This document shows, one piece after another, positions 9,604 to 18,697 of a stretch of DNA of 64,000 bases. Numbering within the stretch: the stretch's first letter is position 1; each line of letters begins with the position of its first letter. The stretch spans positions 220,564 to 284,563 of the forward strand of contig JAFZNQ010000009.1 in NCBI GenBank assembly GCA_017552965.1, given 5' to 3'. The notes under the pieces are model-generated. The model worked only from the letters and a program-made list of their open reading frames with translations, did not search any database and was not told the origin of the DNA. This stretch comes from Abditibacteriota bacterium (GTDB lineage: Bacteria; Armatimonadota; UBA5829). The translations under genes were made by a program, and so were the position numbers.

Positions 9604-10815
9604 CTAATATCCCAATAGTGTATTGATAGTATCTATGTTTGATTTGCAGAACTCGGGCTTGTTGCCCTTGGCCCTTTCTTCCTGATATATTTCCTTGGCA
9701 GCGAGAGCGTTCTTGCGCATCTCTTCATAATTGCCCAAGTCTCCGGCCTTGATGGCGGACTTCAGCAGATTGTTGGCAGCCTTCAGCCTGGCAGAGGAGT
9801 CGTTCTTCGGCTTGTCCTCATCCTTGTCCCTGTCCGCGGGCTTGTCCCGCTCCACCTTCAGAGGGTTCACTCCCTCGCCGGAGCCGTCTTCGCCCTGAGC
9901 GGGCCTCAGCTCAAAATCGGTGTAGGGCACCTTGGAGTCGGACTTGGGCTGCTCTCTCCGGGAAGCGTACCAGTCGGACTTGGTGTCTCTCTCGTCCTGC
10001 TCCTTCCGGGGCTGAGAGCCTCCGGTCTTGATGTGGCTGCCCTTGTCCACCAGAGTATTGGGGTCCCTGACCACCCGCCGGTTGGCGTTGGCCTCCTGGC
10101 GCTGGGCCTCCAGCTGAGCCTTGTATTCGGGAGACTCGTAGGTGTAGGTCATCATGGGCCCCGTGTAGGGCTGGACCGGAGCCGGAGCGGGGGCAGAGGG
10201 CGCCGCAGCCTGAGGGGTCTCGGGGGCAAACTGCTTTATCTCCTCCCGAGCCCTGGCCTCCGCCATCCTTTTGGCCTCTTCGCGGCTGTGGTGGACCGAG
10301 ACGGCGTAGGATATGACTCCCGCTGACACGAACACGCAGCAGGCCGCCGCTATGCACATGACCCTAAAGCGCTTTTGGTCCTTGTTCTCCCTGTACCAGA
10401 GAGCCGCCTTTTCCGACCAGCTGCCGAAGGCCTTTTTTATGTCTTCAAGGGGCGTCGGGGAGCCGGCGCGTTTTTTCGAGCCGTAGAGCTTTTGCTTCAG
10501 CCTTTCGGCCTTGACCTGCTCCGCCACGCTGTCGTGGGAGACCCGTATGATCTTCAGATAGTTTTCCAGAGCCCTGGAGAGATACTCTCTCTCCCCCTCC
10601 GTGTCTCCGGCCTCCCGGTTGGCGTCGGCCAGCTTTTCGTACACGAGAGCCAGCACCGACAGCGCGTTCACGTTCTCGGGACTGGTCTCCAGTATGCTCT
10701 CGGCCAGAGTGGCGCAGTCGGCGTATTCGCCTTCGTTGTACTGATCCCACAGCAGGTCCAGCAGCTGCTTTTCTTCGCCCGGATCCGAATACTTATAAGT
10801 GTCAGTCATGGTCAT
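9604..10815 (-). CDS. TPR-repeat membrane protein with Pro/Ala-rich low-complexity region, function unknown
   Basis: N-terminal TPR-like helices, a single TM helix ([23 protein letters not shown]), a Pro/Ala/Gln-rich segment and a C-terminal TPR-like helix. The start overlaps the ruvB stop by ~14 nt. Confidence 0.6.
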   Translation of the reverse strand: MTMTDTYKYSDPGEEKQLLDLLWDQYNEGEYADCATLAESILETSPENVNALSVLALVYEKLADANREAGDTEGEREYLSRALENYLKIIRVSHDSVAEQVKAERLKQKLYGSKKRAGSPTPLEDIKKAFGSWSEKAALWYRENKDQKRFRVMCIAAACCVFVSAGVISYAVSVHHSREEAKRMAEARAREEIKQFAPETPQAAAPSAPAPAPVQPYTGPMMTYTYESPEYKAQLEAQRQEANANRRVVRDPNTLVDKGSHIKTGGSQPRKEQDERDTKSDWYASRREQPKSDSKVPYTDFELRPAQGEDGSGEGVNPLKVERDKPADRDKDEDKPKNDSSARLKAANNLLKSAIKAGDLGNYEEMRKNALAAKEIYQEERAKGNKPEFCKSNIDTINTLLGY

Positions 10816-11869
10816 CCTCCTTCTCCGTGAAGGACAAAAGCCCTTTTTCTCTGAGATCTACACCCAGATGGTCGTAGGCCAGCCGGGTGGCCACCCGGCC
10901 TTTGGGAGTGCGGCTGATAAAGCCCTTCTGGATGAGATAGGGCTCATGGGCGTCCTCGATGGTATCCTTTTCCTCGCCTATGGCGGCAGACAGGGTGTCC
11001 ATGCCCACGGGGCCGCCGTTAAACTTGTTGATGATAATGTCCAGGATGCGCCTGTCGGCGGCGTCCAGACCTTCTTCGTCTATCTCCAGTCTCCTGAGCC
11101 CTTCTCTGGCGCACTCCAGATCGATGGTGCCGTCCCCCATGACCTGAGCAAAGTCTCTCACCCTCTTCAGGGTGCGTATGGCTATCCTGGGTGTGCCCCG
11201 GCTCCTGGAGGCTATCTCCATGGAGCCGTCCTTGGTGATTTGGGTATCCAGCAGGCGGGCTGTCCTGTCCACTATGTGGCTGAGAGCATCCACGTCATAG
11301 AGATCGAAGTTGTGCACTATGCCGAATCTGCTCCTGAGAGGAGCCGTGATCAGCCCCGCCCGGGTGGTGGCGCCCACCAGGGTAAAGCGCTCCAGAGACA
11401 CGTTGACCGTGTAGGCTCCGGCGCCCTTGCCCACCACGATGTCCAGCTTGTAGTCCTCCATGGCGGGATACAGTATCTCCTCCACTGCCCTGTTCAGCCT
11501 GTGGATCTCGTCTATGAACAGCACCGAGTTCTTTTCCAGATTGCTGAGTATGGCCGCCAGGTCCGCCGGCTTTTCTATGGCAGGCCCGGAGGTGGAGACG
11601 ATATTCACGTCCATTTCGTTGGCGATGATATAAGCCAGAGTGGTCTTGCCCAGCCCCGGAGGTCCGTAGAGAAGCACGTGGTCCAGGGCCTCTCCTCTCT
11701 GTTTGGCAGCCTGTATGTATATATTCAGGTTGCTGACTATCTTGTCTCTGCCTATGAGCTCCGAAAAGCTGCGGGGACGGAGGGAAGATTCCTGCTCGCT
11801 GTCCTCGGGACGCCTTTCCGGCGCCACGAACCTGGGAGCCTCCGCTTCGTCATGGTGTTTGATAGACAT
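10802..11869 (-). CDS. ruvB: Holliday junction branch migration ATPase RuvB
   Basis: AAA+ Walker [21 protein letters not shown], Walker [10 protein letters not shown], sensor motifs; 355 aa. Confidence 0.95.
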   Translation of the reverse strand: MSIKHHDEAEAPRFVAPERRPEDSEQESSLRPRSFSELIGRDKIVSNLNIYIQAAKQRGEALDHVLLYGPPGLGKTTLAYIIANEMDVNIVSTSGPAIEKPADLAAILSNLEKNSVLFIDEIHRLNRAVEEILYPAMEDYKLDIVVGKGAGAYTVNVSLERFTLVGATTRAGLITAPLRSRFGIVHNFDLYDVDALSHIVDRTARLLDTQITKDGSMEIASRSRGTPRIAIRTLKRVRDFAQVMGDGTIDLECAREGLRRLEIDEEGLDAADRRILDIIINKFNGGPVGMDTLSAAIGEEKDTIEDAHEPYLIQKGFISRTPKGRVATRLAYDHLGVDLREKGLLSFTEKEDDHD

Positions 11870-11882
11870 ATCCTGTGTAGCC

Positions 11883-12479
11883 CTATTTAGTCGATTTGCC
11901 TTTGCCCAGCTGCTTGAGGGCCTTGCTGATCAGGCCGGACAGGTCGTCCGCTCCTTCCGCAGCCATGATGTCATTCACGGCCTTCCCGGCGTTGCTTCTG
12001 GTAAAGCCCAGGCCCGTGAGGGCCTCCACCGCTCTGGCTATGAGCTGGGTATCCTTGTCGCCGGAGCCGGCGCCCGCCGGGGCGTCGCCCAGCTTGTCCT
12101 TCAGATCCAGTATGATCTGCTCCGTGATCTTTCTGCCTACGCCGGGTATGCGGGCCAGGGCTGCATTGTCCCCGGTGAGGACGGCGTTCACTATTTCGGC
12201 GCTGGTCATGACGGACAGGGCGCCCAAAGCTGTCCTGGCGCCTACCTTGTTCACAGACATGAGCTGCTCGAATATGGACTGGTCCTCCTCTGTGTCAAAG
12301 CCGAAAAGGGTGATGGCGTCCTCTCTCACCACCGTAGTGACAAAGAGCTCCGTCTCTCCCTCCGCTCTGGCCAGCAGGGGGGCCGGGCAGCAGACGCTGT
12401 AGCCTACTCCTCCCACGTCCAGGATCAGACTGTCCTGCCTGACAAGCAGCACCTTTCCTCTGAGATAACCTATCATCAC
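11883..12479 (-). CDS. ruvA: Holliday junction DNA-binding protein RuvA
   Basis: MIGYLRGKV...GVGYSV N-terminal OB domain; HhH motifs [16 protein letters not shown]; 198 aa. Immediately upstream of ruvB. Confidence 0.9.
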   Translation of the reverse strand: MMIGYLRGKVLLVRQDSLILDVGGVGYSVCCPAPLLARAEGETELFVTTVVREDAITLFGFDTEEDQSIFEQLMSVNKVGARTALGALSVMTSAEIVNAVLTGDNAALARIPGVGRKITEQIILDLKDKLGDAPAGAGSGDKDTQLIARAVEALTGLGFTRSNAGKAVNDIMAAEGADDLSGLISKALKQLGKGKSTK

Positions 12480-12502
12480 AGCGCCTCCTTCGTATCAGCC
12501 GA

Positions 12503-13372
12503 TCAATAGATCACCTTGTTCAGCGGGAATTCCACTATGCCTTCGGCTCCCGCCCTCTTTACCTGAGGGATCACGTTCCTCAGGGCCTTGTTGTCCACCA
12601 CTATTTCCAGAGCCACCCAGTTCTTGTCTGTGAGCTCATTGATGGTGGGAGTATTCAGGGCCGGCAGCAGGGAGAGCACCGCGTCCAGCTTTTCTCTGGG
12701 CACGTTCATCTTCAGGCCCGAGAGGGTCTCCGCCGTCAGGGCAGCCTGCAGCATGGTGGCTATGTTTTCTATCTTTTCTCTCTTGGCAGGGTCCGCCCAG
12801 GCCTCCTTGTTGCAGATAAGGCGGGTGGTGGATACCAGTATCTCGTCCAGTATGGCCAGACCGTGGGCCTTCAGGGTGGAGCCCGTCTCTGTGCCCTCCA
12901 CAATGGCGTCCACCAGCTCGGGCACCTTTACCTCGGTGGCTCCCCAGGAAAACTCCACCTTCACGTTGACCTTCCGGTCGGCAAAGTATTTTTTGGTCAC
13001 GTTGACCAGCTCCGTGGCCACGGTCTTGCCCTCCAGGTCCTCCGCGCATTTGATGTCCGAATCCCTGGGAGCAGCCAGCACCCATCTGTAGGGCTTGGAG
13101 GTGGCCTTGGAATATATCAGCTCGCAGACCTCCACCACGTCGGCGGAGCACTCGCACACGTTGTCATACCCGGTGATGCCAAAGTCCACGGCTCCCATCT
13201 CCACGTATCTGGGGATCTCCTGCGCCCGCAGCAGTATGGCGTCCAGCTCGGGATCGTCCACGGCGGGGGTATAGGAACGGCTGCGCACGGAAAAGCTCCA
13301 GCCGGCTTTTTCAAAAAGGTTGAAGGTCGCTTCCTGCAGCGAACCTTTGGGCAAAGCTATCTTGACCAACAT
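12503..13372 (-). CDS. hisG: ATP phosphoribosyltransferase HisG, long form with C-terminal regulatory domain
   Basis: The tracked ORF 12503..13900 has a spurious N-terminal extension. The true start is the ATG at 13370-13372 (MLVKIALPKGSLQE...) with RBS AGGAGTGAAT. Contains the HisG_C regulatory domain; about 290 aa. Confidence 0.88.
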   Translation of the reverse strand: MLVKIALPKGSLQEATFNLFEKAGWSFSVRSRSYTPAVDDPELDAILLRAQEIPRYVEMGAVDFGITGYDNVCECSADVVEVCELIYSKATSKPYRWVLAAPRDSDIKCAEDLEGKTVATELVNVTKKYFADRKVNVKVEFSWGATEVKVPELVDAIVEGTETGSTLKAHGLAILDEILVSTTRLICNKEAWADPAKREKIENIATMLQAALTAETLSGLKMNVPREKLDAVLSLLPALNTPTINELTDKNWVALEIVVDNKALRNVIPQVKRAGAEGIVEFPLNKVIY

Positions 13373-13374
13373 AT

Positions 13375-15405
13375 TCACTCCTGTTTGTTGTCTGCCAGAG
13401 CCAGATATGGCTTCAGCAGAATATAATCCAATTTGTCCGGAGACACGTTTTGCTGTACCGAAAGGGCGGCGGCGGCTCCCGCAGCCTGACCCGTGGCTAT
13501 GACGCAGGGCATGATCCTGGCGGCTCCCAGGCCTTCGTGAGTGGCGGATATGATCCTGCCGCAGCACAGCAGGCCGGGTATGCTCTTCACCGTGAGACAT
13601 CTGTAGGGAATCTCGTACCAGTCTCCCGGCGGCGGAGCGGCGGACTTTTTGCCCGACTCTTTGAGGGTGTAGCCCTCGCCGGAGGCGGAATGCACGTCCA
13701 CGGGATAGGCCAGCCGGCACACTCTGTCCCTGTGCTTCATGGAGCTGAGCACGTCCCTGTCCGAAAAGACGTAGTCCCCCACCACTCTGCGGCTTTCCCT
13801 GACGCCCAGTATTTTGGCCCGCTTCAGGAGATAGGCCTTTTCGAAGCCGGGCACTCTGTCCCGGACGAACCTCAGCACCTCCCGGAGCTGCTTTTGACAC
13901 TCTCCGGTCCCCCGGGCTATGTCCCCGGGCGAGAGAGGGTCAGCGAGGGCGGCGTGGGTCTGATTGAACACCACGGCGTCATAGCGGGGGCTCTGAGTCT
14001 TGCGATAGATGTAAAATATCATGTCGCCTGGAAAGTCCGAGCCCTCTTCTTTGGCCTTGCCCACCAGTGAAAAATAGCCGGCGGGGCTGTAGTTGGAGAG
14101 GGCGGTCTCAATGACGTCCGTCCCGGGCTCCAGCTTAGGAAAGAGAAACTCCTCCGGGCGCTCCGCCACGTATGCAAGAGCCCGCCTGACGTCCACGCCT
14201 CCCACGTCAAACATGAGAGTGGCGGCCTGGACCTGTCCCTTGCTGTCACCCGTGCGGGTCTCTGCGCCGAGACAGGCGGCGACTTGCGCGTCTCCCGTGG
14301 CGTCGATGAGACGGCGGCACTCCAGAAATCTGCCTTCCAGAGCCACCGCAAAGGCGCCGTTCTGGCGTCTCACGGCGGACACGAAGCCGCAGCGGGGCAA
14401 AAAGGTCACCCCCGCTTCCCGGAGCATATCCAGCAGCGCTTCTCTCATGGCAGAGGAGTCAAAGCAGTTCTTCCTGAGAGCTCCCCGGTCCGCGAGACGC
14501 TGTCTCAATTCGTCAAACAGGCCTCCCACCAGGGGCTTGCCGTCGGAAGTGCAGTGGGTCATGAAGGGATTCACCAGACCATAGACTGCCATGCCTCCGG
14601 GTCCCGGCAGCCTGTCGCAGAGGAGCACCGAGGCCCCTGCCCGCGCGGCAGATACTGCCGCGCAGACTCCGGCCAGCCCGGCGCCTGCAACGCACACGTC
14701 ATACACGGCGGCAAATTCCTCCCTGAGTATGCCCAGCGCCCGGGCGGCGGCATCTTTTTCCGCCGCTTTTTTGGAGGCGCCTGTTCCTCTGGCGAGCGTT
14801 CTCCCACTGAATAATACGCAATTTGTAAAGGTTTTGTTGTGGGGAGGCCCGGTCTCTTCCACCGTCTCGTAGGTGGGAGCCGAGTGGAACTTGTCCTGCA
14901 GCAGAGTCTGCAGGGCCGACTTGGTGTCCACGTCCTCTATGGCTTCCAGAGCAGACTCGATGCTCTCCGAGAGCTGCCCTCGCACAAAGGCTTCGCAGAC
15001 CTCCCGGCCGCATGAGAGATATATGGCGGCTGTCAGGGCCTCAAAGGTGTCGCACAGCACCGAGGGCCGCATGACCAGCCCGGTCTTCTTTTCGTTTTCG
15101 GACACCTGTATGTATTCGTAGAGCTTCAGCCGGCGGGCAGCCTCGGCAAGACTGGGCTCGCCGATGACCACGGCCTTCATCCTGCTCAGGTCTCCCTCGC
15201 GGCAATCGGGGTATTTGTCAAAAAGGATCCGGGCGACTATCTCGCCCACTATGCTGTCCCCCAGGAACTCGAGCCTTTCGTTGTACTCGGCGTCAAGGCC
15301 GTCCTGCCGGACCGACTTGTGCACGAAGCACTGGTCCAGATAGGCGGACGGGACGAGAGGGACCCCGGCCCTTTCGGACAATTCCCCGATCTGTTTGTCG
15401 TCCAT
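13375..15405 (-). CDS. rnc: Ribonuclease III (RNase III catalytic domain plus dsRBD) fused in frame to an FAD-dependent oxidoreductase domain
   Basis: Residues 1-~228: RNase III signature NERLEFLGDS, catalytic ...DTFEALTAAIYL, and a dsRBD (PHNKTFTNCVLFSGRTLARGTGASKKAAEKDAAARAL). Residues ~232-676: Rossmann FAD-binding motif YDVCVAGAGLAGVCAAVSAARAG and an FAD_oxidored-like body. No stop codon and no internal Met/RBS at the junction (ILREEFAAVYDVCV). Its start overlaps the stop of the upstream aminotransferase gene (TGATG). Confidence 0.8.
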   Translation of the reverse strand: MDDKQIGELSERAGVPLVPSAYLDQCFVHKSVRQDGLDAEYNERLEFLGDSIVGEIVARILFDKYPDCREGDLSRMKAVVIGEPSLAEAARRLKLYEYIQVSENEKKTGLVMRPSVLCDTFEALTAAIYLSCGREVCEAFVRGQLSESIESALEAIEDVDTKSALQTLLQDKFHSAPTYETVEETGPPHNKTFTNCVLFSGRTLARGTGASKKAAEKDAAARALGILREEFAAVYDVCVAGAGLAGVCAAVSAARAGASVLLCDRLPGPGGMAVYGLVNPFMTHCTSDGKPLVGGLFDELRQRLADRGALRKNCFDSSAMREALLDMLREAGVTFLPRCGFVSAVRRQNGAFAVALEGRFLECRRLIDATGDAQVAACLGAETRTGDSKGQVQAATLMFDVGGVDVRRALAYVAERPEEFLFPKLEPGTDVIETALSNYSPAGYFSLVGKAKEEGSDFPGDMIFYIYRKTQSPRYDAVVFNQTHAALADPLSPGDIARGTGECQKQLREVLRFVRDRVPGFEKAYLLKRAKILGVRESRRVVGDYVFSDRDVLSSMKHRDRVCRLAYPVDVHSASGEGYTLKESGKKSAAPPPGDWYEIPYRCLTVKSIPGLLCCGRIISATHEGLGAARIMPCVIATGQAAGAAAALSVQQNVSPDKLDYILLKPYLALADNKQE

Positions 15406-16604
15406 CAGCGCAGCTTGCTCACCGCTTCGGCTATCCTGGACACGCCTTCCTTAATGGCGTCCATGCCGGTGGCGTAGGACAGACGTATGTTGTTGGGAGC
15501 GCCGAAGCCGCTGCCTGCCACGCAGGCCACCAGAGCGTGCTCCAGCAGATAGGCGCACAGGTCGTCGGAGGAACCGATGGTCCATTTGTCATAGGCCTTG
15601 CCGAAGAGGGCCGACACGTTGGGCAGCACGTAAAAGGCTCCGTCGGGCTCCAGGCAGGTGACGCCTTCGATGTCGTTCAGCATGCGGCAGATCACGCCCC
15701 GCCTCTCCTCGAAGGCCTTTCTCATGTCCTCCAGAAAGCTCTGGTCCGCCGCCAGGGCGGCTTCGCCAGCAGCCTGGACAAAGGAGGTGGCGTTGGAGGT
15801 GGAGTGGCCCTGTATCTTGCTCATGGCGCTGATGATATCGGCTTCGGCAGCCGCGTAGCCCAGACGCCAGCCCGTCATGGAATAGGCCTTGGAATGGCCG
15901 TTGACGGTGATGGTCAGCTCCCTGATGCGGGGGTTGAGGGAGGCTATGGACACGTGCTTTGCTCCGCCGTATATGATCTTTTCGTATATCTCGTCGGACA
16001 GCACCATCACTCCGGCGTCGGCGCAGACGTCCGCTATCTCGGCTATGGTCTCCGGGGGATACACGGCTCCCGTGGGATTGGAGGGAGTATTCAGGACCAG
16101 CATTTTGGTCCTGGGGGTGATGGCAGCCCTGACCTGCTCTCCGGTGACGCAAAAGCCGGTGGACTCGTCTGCGGAGATATAGACGGGCGCGCCGCCGGCC
16201 ATCTTCACTATCTCGGGATATGACACCCAGTAGGGCGCGGGGATGATCACCTCGTCGCCGGGGTCCACCGTGGCCATGATGGCGTTGTAAAGGGAGTGCT
16301 TGGCGCCGCAGGAGACCAGTATGTTCTCGGGGCCGTATTCCAGTTCGTTGTCTCTCTTCAGCTTGTTGATGATGGCCTTTTTGAGGCCGGGAGTCCCGCC
16401 TACGGGAGTGTACTTGGTAAAGCCGGCTTCGATGGACTTGAAGCAGGCTTCTTTGATGAATTCGGGGGTGTCGAAGTCGGGCTCGCCCGCTCCGAAGGAT
16501 ATGACGTCGATCCCGTCGGCCTTCATCTGCTTTGCCTTGGCCGAGATGGCCAGCGTAGGCGAAGGAGCGATGCCGAGGGCTCTCCTGGAAATAGATCCGG
16601 ACAT
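15405..16604 (-). CDS. Aspartate aminotransferase (class I PLP-dependent aminotransferase)
   Basis: 399 aa; fold-type I aminotransferase motifs (GEPDFDTP, ...SKAYSMTGWRLGYAA with the Schiff-base Lys); RBS AAGAGG. Confidence 0.85.
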   Translation of the reverse strand: MSGSISRRALGIAPSPTLAISAKAKQMKADGIDVISFGAGEPDFDTPEFIKEACFKSIEAGFTKYTPVGGTPGLKKAIINKLKRDNELEYGPENILVSCGAKHSLYNAIMATVDPGDEVIIPAPYWVSYPEIVKMAGGAPVYISADESTGFCVTGEQVRAAITPRTKMLVLNTPSNPTGAVYPPETIAEIADVCADAGVMVLSDEIYEKIIYGGAKHVSIASLNPRIRELTITVNGHSKAYSMTGWRLGYAAAEADIISAMSKIQGHSTSNATSFVQAAGEAALAADQSFLEDMRKAFEERRGVICRMLNDIEGVTCLEPDGAFYVLPNVSALFGKAYDKWTIGSSDDLCAYLLEHALVACVAGSGFGAPNNIRLSYATGMDAIKEGVSRIAEAVSKLR

Positions 16605-16617
16605 TGTTTACCTCTTT

Positions 16618-16650
16618 CAGATCATCGGGACTTGTCCCGATATATCGGGT
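16618..16650. promoter_or_regulatory. Overlapping palindromes (ATCGGGAC-TT-GTCCCGAT-ATATCGGG) just upstream of the aminotransferase RBS; candidate operator or leader hairpins
   Basis: CGGGACTTGTCCCG and CCCGATATATCGGG are perfect inverted repeats sharing a central half-site, ~15 nt upstream of the aspartate aminotransferase RBS on the minus strand. Confidence 0.3.
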
Positions 16651-16699
16651 GTATATCTATTATAATTATATCACAATATTCTCCGCAAGACAAATACGA

Positions 16700-16735
16700 C
16701 GAAAGCCCGCCGGAGGCAGGCTTTCGTGATGCCGC
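16700..16735 (-). terminator. Candidate terminator hairpin after the pectate-lyase-fold gene
   Basis: gaaagcccgccggaggcaggctttc forms a GC-rich stem just downstream of the stop at 16742 (minus strand). The following T-tract is weak (GTATTTGTCTT). Confidence 0.35.
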
Positions 16736-16741
16736 AAAGGG

Positions 16742-18544
16742 CTAACGGGCGGGCAGCTCGGCGGGAAATGCGGCGTCCTCGTATTCGCCGGAGCCCAGGA
16801 CGAAGACCGGAGCCTTTTTGTCGGATATGAGAGTGAAGCTCTTCAGAGCCCCGCTGAGAGTCCGGCCGTCGCGATTGTCGTCATAGACCTCCGCCGGCAC
16901 CCAGCTCTTGATCCTGAATTCCACGTCCAGAGTGTTTTCCCTGCCGCTCTTCAGATCGCCCCTGACTTTGAAGGGGCCGGTCTTGTCCAGCGAGCAGACC
17001 TTCTTGCCGTTGACCCAGATGCCGTTGCCGGGGTCCTCGGCAAATTCGGGTATATACATCCATGCCTCGAAGGAGTATTTGGTGTTGGGCCTGACGGGCA
17101 GGTGCAGCACCGGCTCCTCCCCCATCCAGGAGGCCAGCACGTCCTCCCCGAAGCGGTTGATCATATTCTCATTGCCGTATATATCCCCGAAGTAGCTCAC
17201 CACTCTGGGGCTGGCCACGTCGAATTTCAGGTTCCGGACCCCCTCGGGCAGAGCGGGAGGCTCGGCAGAGGGCAGATTGTCCCTGATCGCAGCGGCGGAG
17301 CCTATCATGTTGGACACCCGGAAGACCCGCTGGCTCACGTTGTCGGAGACCACGCAGGACAGGGCGTTTTTGCCTATAACTACCACGGGCATTTCCTTGT
17401 TGGTGCGGAAGGTGTTGCCGCGGATGAGGGCCGTGCCCTCGGCGATATCTATGCAGGGGCTTTGTTTATTCATGGTGTCCCATATGGCGAAGTGGCAGTC
17501 GGACACGGACACGATGCCCCGGGGAGCGTGCATCTCTATGGCCTTGTCCACCCCTCCCCAGAAGCCGCAGTTGACCAGAGTCACCTTGTCGGTCACGTCC
17601 TTGTTGATGAGGACTGCGTGATGGTCCTCCCCCTGGGTGGGCACTATCTGGGCGTTGGTGATCTGCAGGCCCGCGGGTCTGGTGGCGTTGACCAGTATGC
17701 AGGTGGAGCAGGCGTCGGCGCCTATGCCGATATAGTTGCCGCAGCCGCCGCCGTAGCCGTAGTCGGAGAACTTGTATCCCACTCCGTAGCCGTAGCAAAA
17801 GGTGTTGAGGCAGCTCTGCCAGTCGGTCTTGGCGAACTCGAAGGCCACGCCGTTTTCGCGGATCCACTCACAGTAGGGGTCGTCGCCCCTGTAGTCGCCG
17901 AAGGGCCAGAAATGGATGTTTTCCACCCGGCTGACGTCGTAGCATCTGTCGATAAAGAGGCCTCTTTTCTGGGGATATCCGCTGACGTTGCTCACGTACA
18001 CTCTGCCCACCCTGTCAAAATGCAGGGCCTCGTAGGGATTGACGAACAGGCAGTCTATGACGTTGTGGTCGTCGCCCTCGGTGCCCGCCACGCAGGGAGG
18101 ATAAGGGATGGGAGGCACGGGGGTCCTGGTCACCTCGGGATATCTGACCATGAAGCCCTTCAGGGTGACGTTGTGGCCCTTCATGGTGATAAAGGCGGGG
18201 TCCTCGGGCTTGTTGCGGCCTGCGTAGGCCAGCAGCACCGTACCGTAGCCCTGCTTGTCCAGCGAGGAAGGACGGGTGTCCGTAGGGATGGCTTCATAGG
18301 TCCCTATGAGCCCCACCCCGGAATACAGGGTGATATTGCCCTTGATCACGTAGTCTCCGGTGGGCACCTTTATATTGCCGCCGCCCACGGCCCTGACGGC
18401 CTCCACAGCCTTCTCGAAGGCTTCGGTGCAGTCGGTCTTGCCGTCGCCCACGGCGCCGAACTCGGTGACGTCAAAGTCCCGGGCGCGGACGGCGCCAGCC
18501 AGCAGCAGCACCAGCAAAAACAATAGAGCGAGATACTTCATCAT
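16742..18544 (-). CDS. Secreted right-handed beta-helix protein of the pectate lyase superfamily (GH28-like / Pectate_lyase_3 N-terminal motif)
   Basis: Signal peptide (MMKYLALLFLLVLLLAGAVRA). N-terminal DFDVTEFGAVGDGKTDCTEAFEKAVEAV...GGNIKVPTGDYVI is characteristic of beta-helix polysaccharide depolymerases. 600 aa. Confidence 0.65.
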   Translation of the reverse strand: MMKYLALLFLLVLLLAGAVRARDFDVTEFGAVGDGKTDCTEAFEKAVEAVRAVGGGNIKVPTGDYVIKGNITLYSGVGLIGTYEAIPTDTRPSSLDKQGYGTVLLAYAGRNKPEDPAFITMKGHNVTLKGFMVRYPEVTRTPVPPIPYPPCVAGTEGDDHNVIDCLFVNPYEALHFDRVGRVYVSNVSGYPQKRGLFIDRCYDVSRVENIHFWPFGDYRGDDPYCEWIRENGVAFEFAKTDWQSCLNTFCYGYGVGYKFSDYGYGGGCGNYIGIGADACSTCILVNATRPAGLQITNAQIVPTQGEDHHAVLINKDVTDKVTLVNCGFWGGVDKAIEMHAPRGIVSVSDCHFAIWDTMNKQSPCIDIAEGTALIRGNTFRTNKEMPVVVIGKNALSCVVSDNVSQRVFRVSNMIGSAAAIRDNLPSAEPPALPEGVRNLKFDVASPRVVSYFGDIYGNENMINRFGEDVLASWMGEEPVLHLPVRPNTKYSFEAWMYIPEFAEDPGNGIWVNGKKVCSLDKTGPFKVRGDLKSGRENTLDVEFRIKSWVPAEVYDDNRDGRTLSGALKSFTLISDKKAPVFVLGSGEYEDAAFPAELPAR

Positions 18545-18570
18545 GGGGTCTCCTTTTTCAAATCAATTGC

Positions 18571-18599
18571 ATTATATCACAAGCCCGGCCCCTTATCAA
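18571..18599 (-). promoter_or_regulatory. Sigma-70-like promoter for the pectate-lyase-fold gene (TTGATA-17-TATAAT on the minus strand)
   Basis: Top-strand tatcaa (18594-18599) and attata (18571-18576) are the reverse complements of TTGATA and TATAAT with a 17 nt spacer and TG-extended -10. Followed by RBS AAAAGGAGA before the ATG. Confidence 0.5.
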
Positions 18600-18630
18600 G
18601 ATGAATAAAAGGGCCTCAATTCAAAAAAAG

Positions 18631-18661
18631 TTGTAAGTTTTGCCCGAGGTGTGTTATAATA
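18631..18661 (+). promoter_or_regulatory. Sigma-70-like promoter for the degT-glgC-hisA operon (TTGTAA-17-TGtTATAAT)
   Basis: ttgtaa at 18631-18636; extended -10 tgttataat at 18652-18660; RBS AAGGAG 10 nt before the ATG at 18698. Divergent from the promoter above. Confidence 0.55.
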
Positions 18662-18697
18662 TTATATGATAAGTATAAGATACACCAAGGAGCATCC

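Noticed and set aside
13373-13900. N-terminal 176-codon extension of the hisG ORF (tracked as 12503..13900)
   Set aside because: The extension overlaps the 3' end of the rnc-FAD gene in another frame and is Arg/Gly-rich with no homology. The internal ATG at 13370-13372 has a strong RBS and begins the conserved HisG N-terminus MLVKIALPKG.
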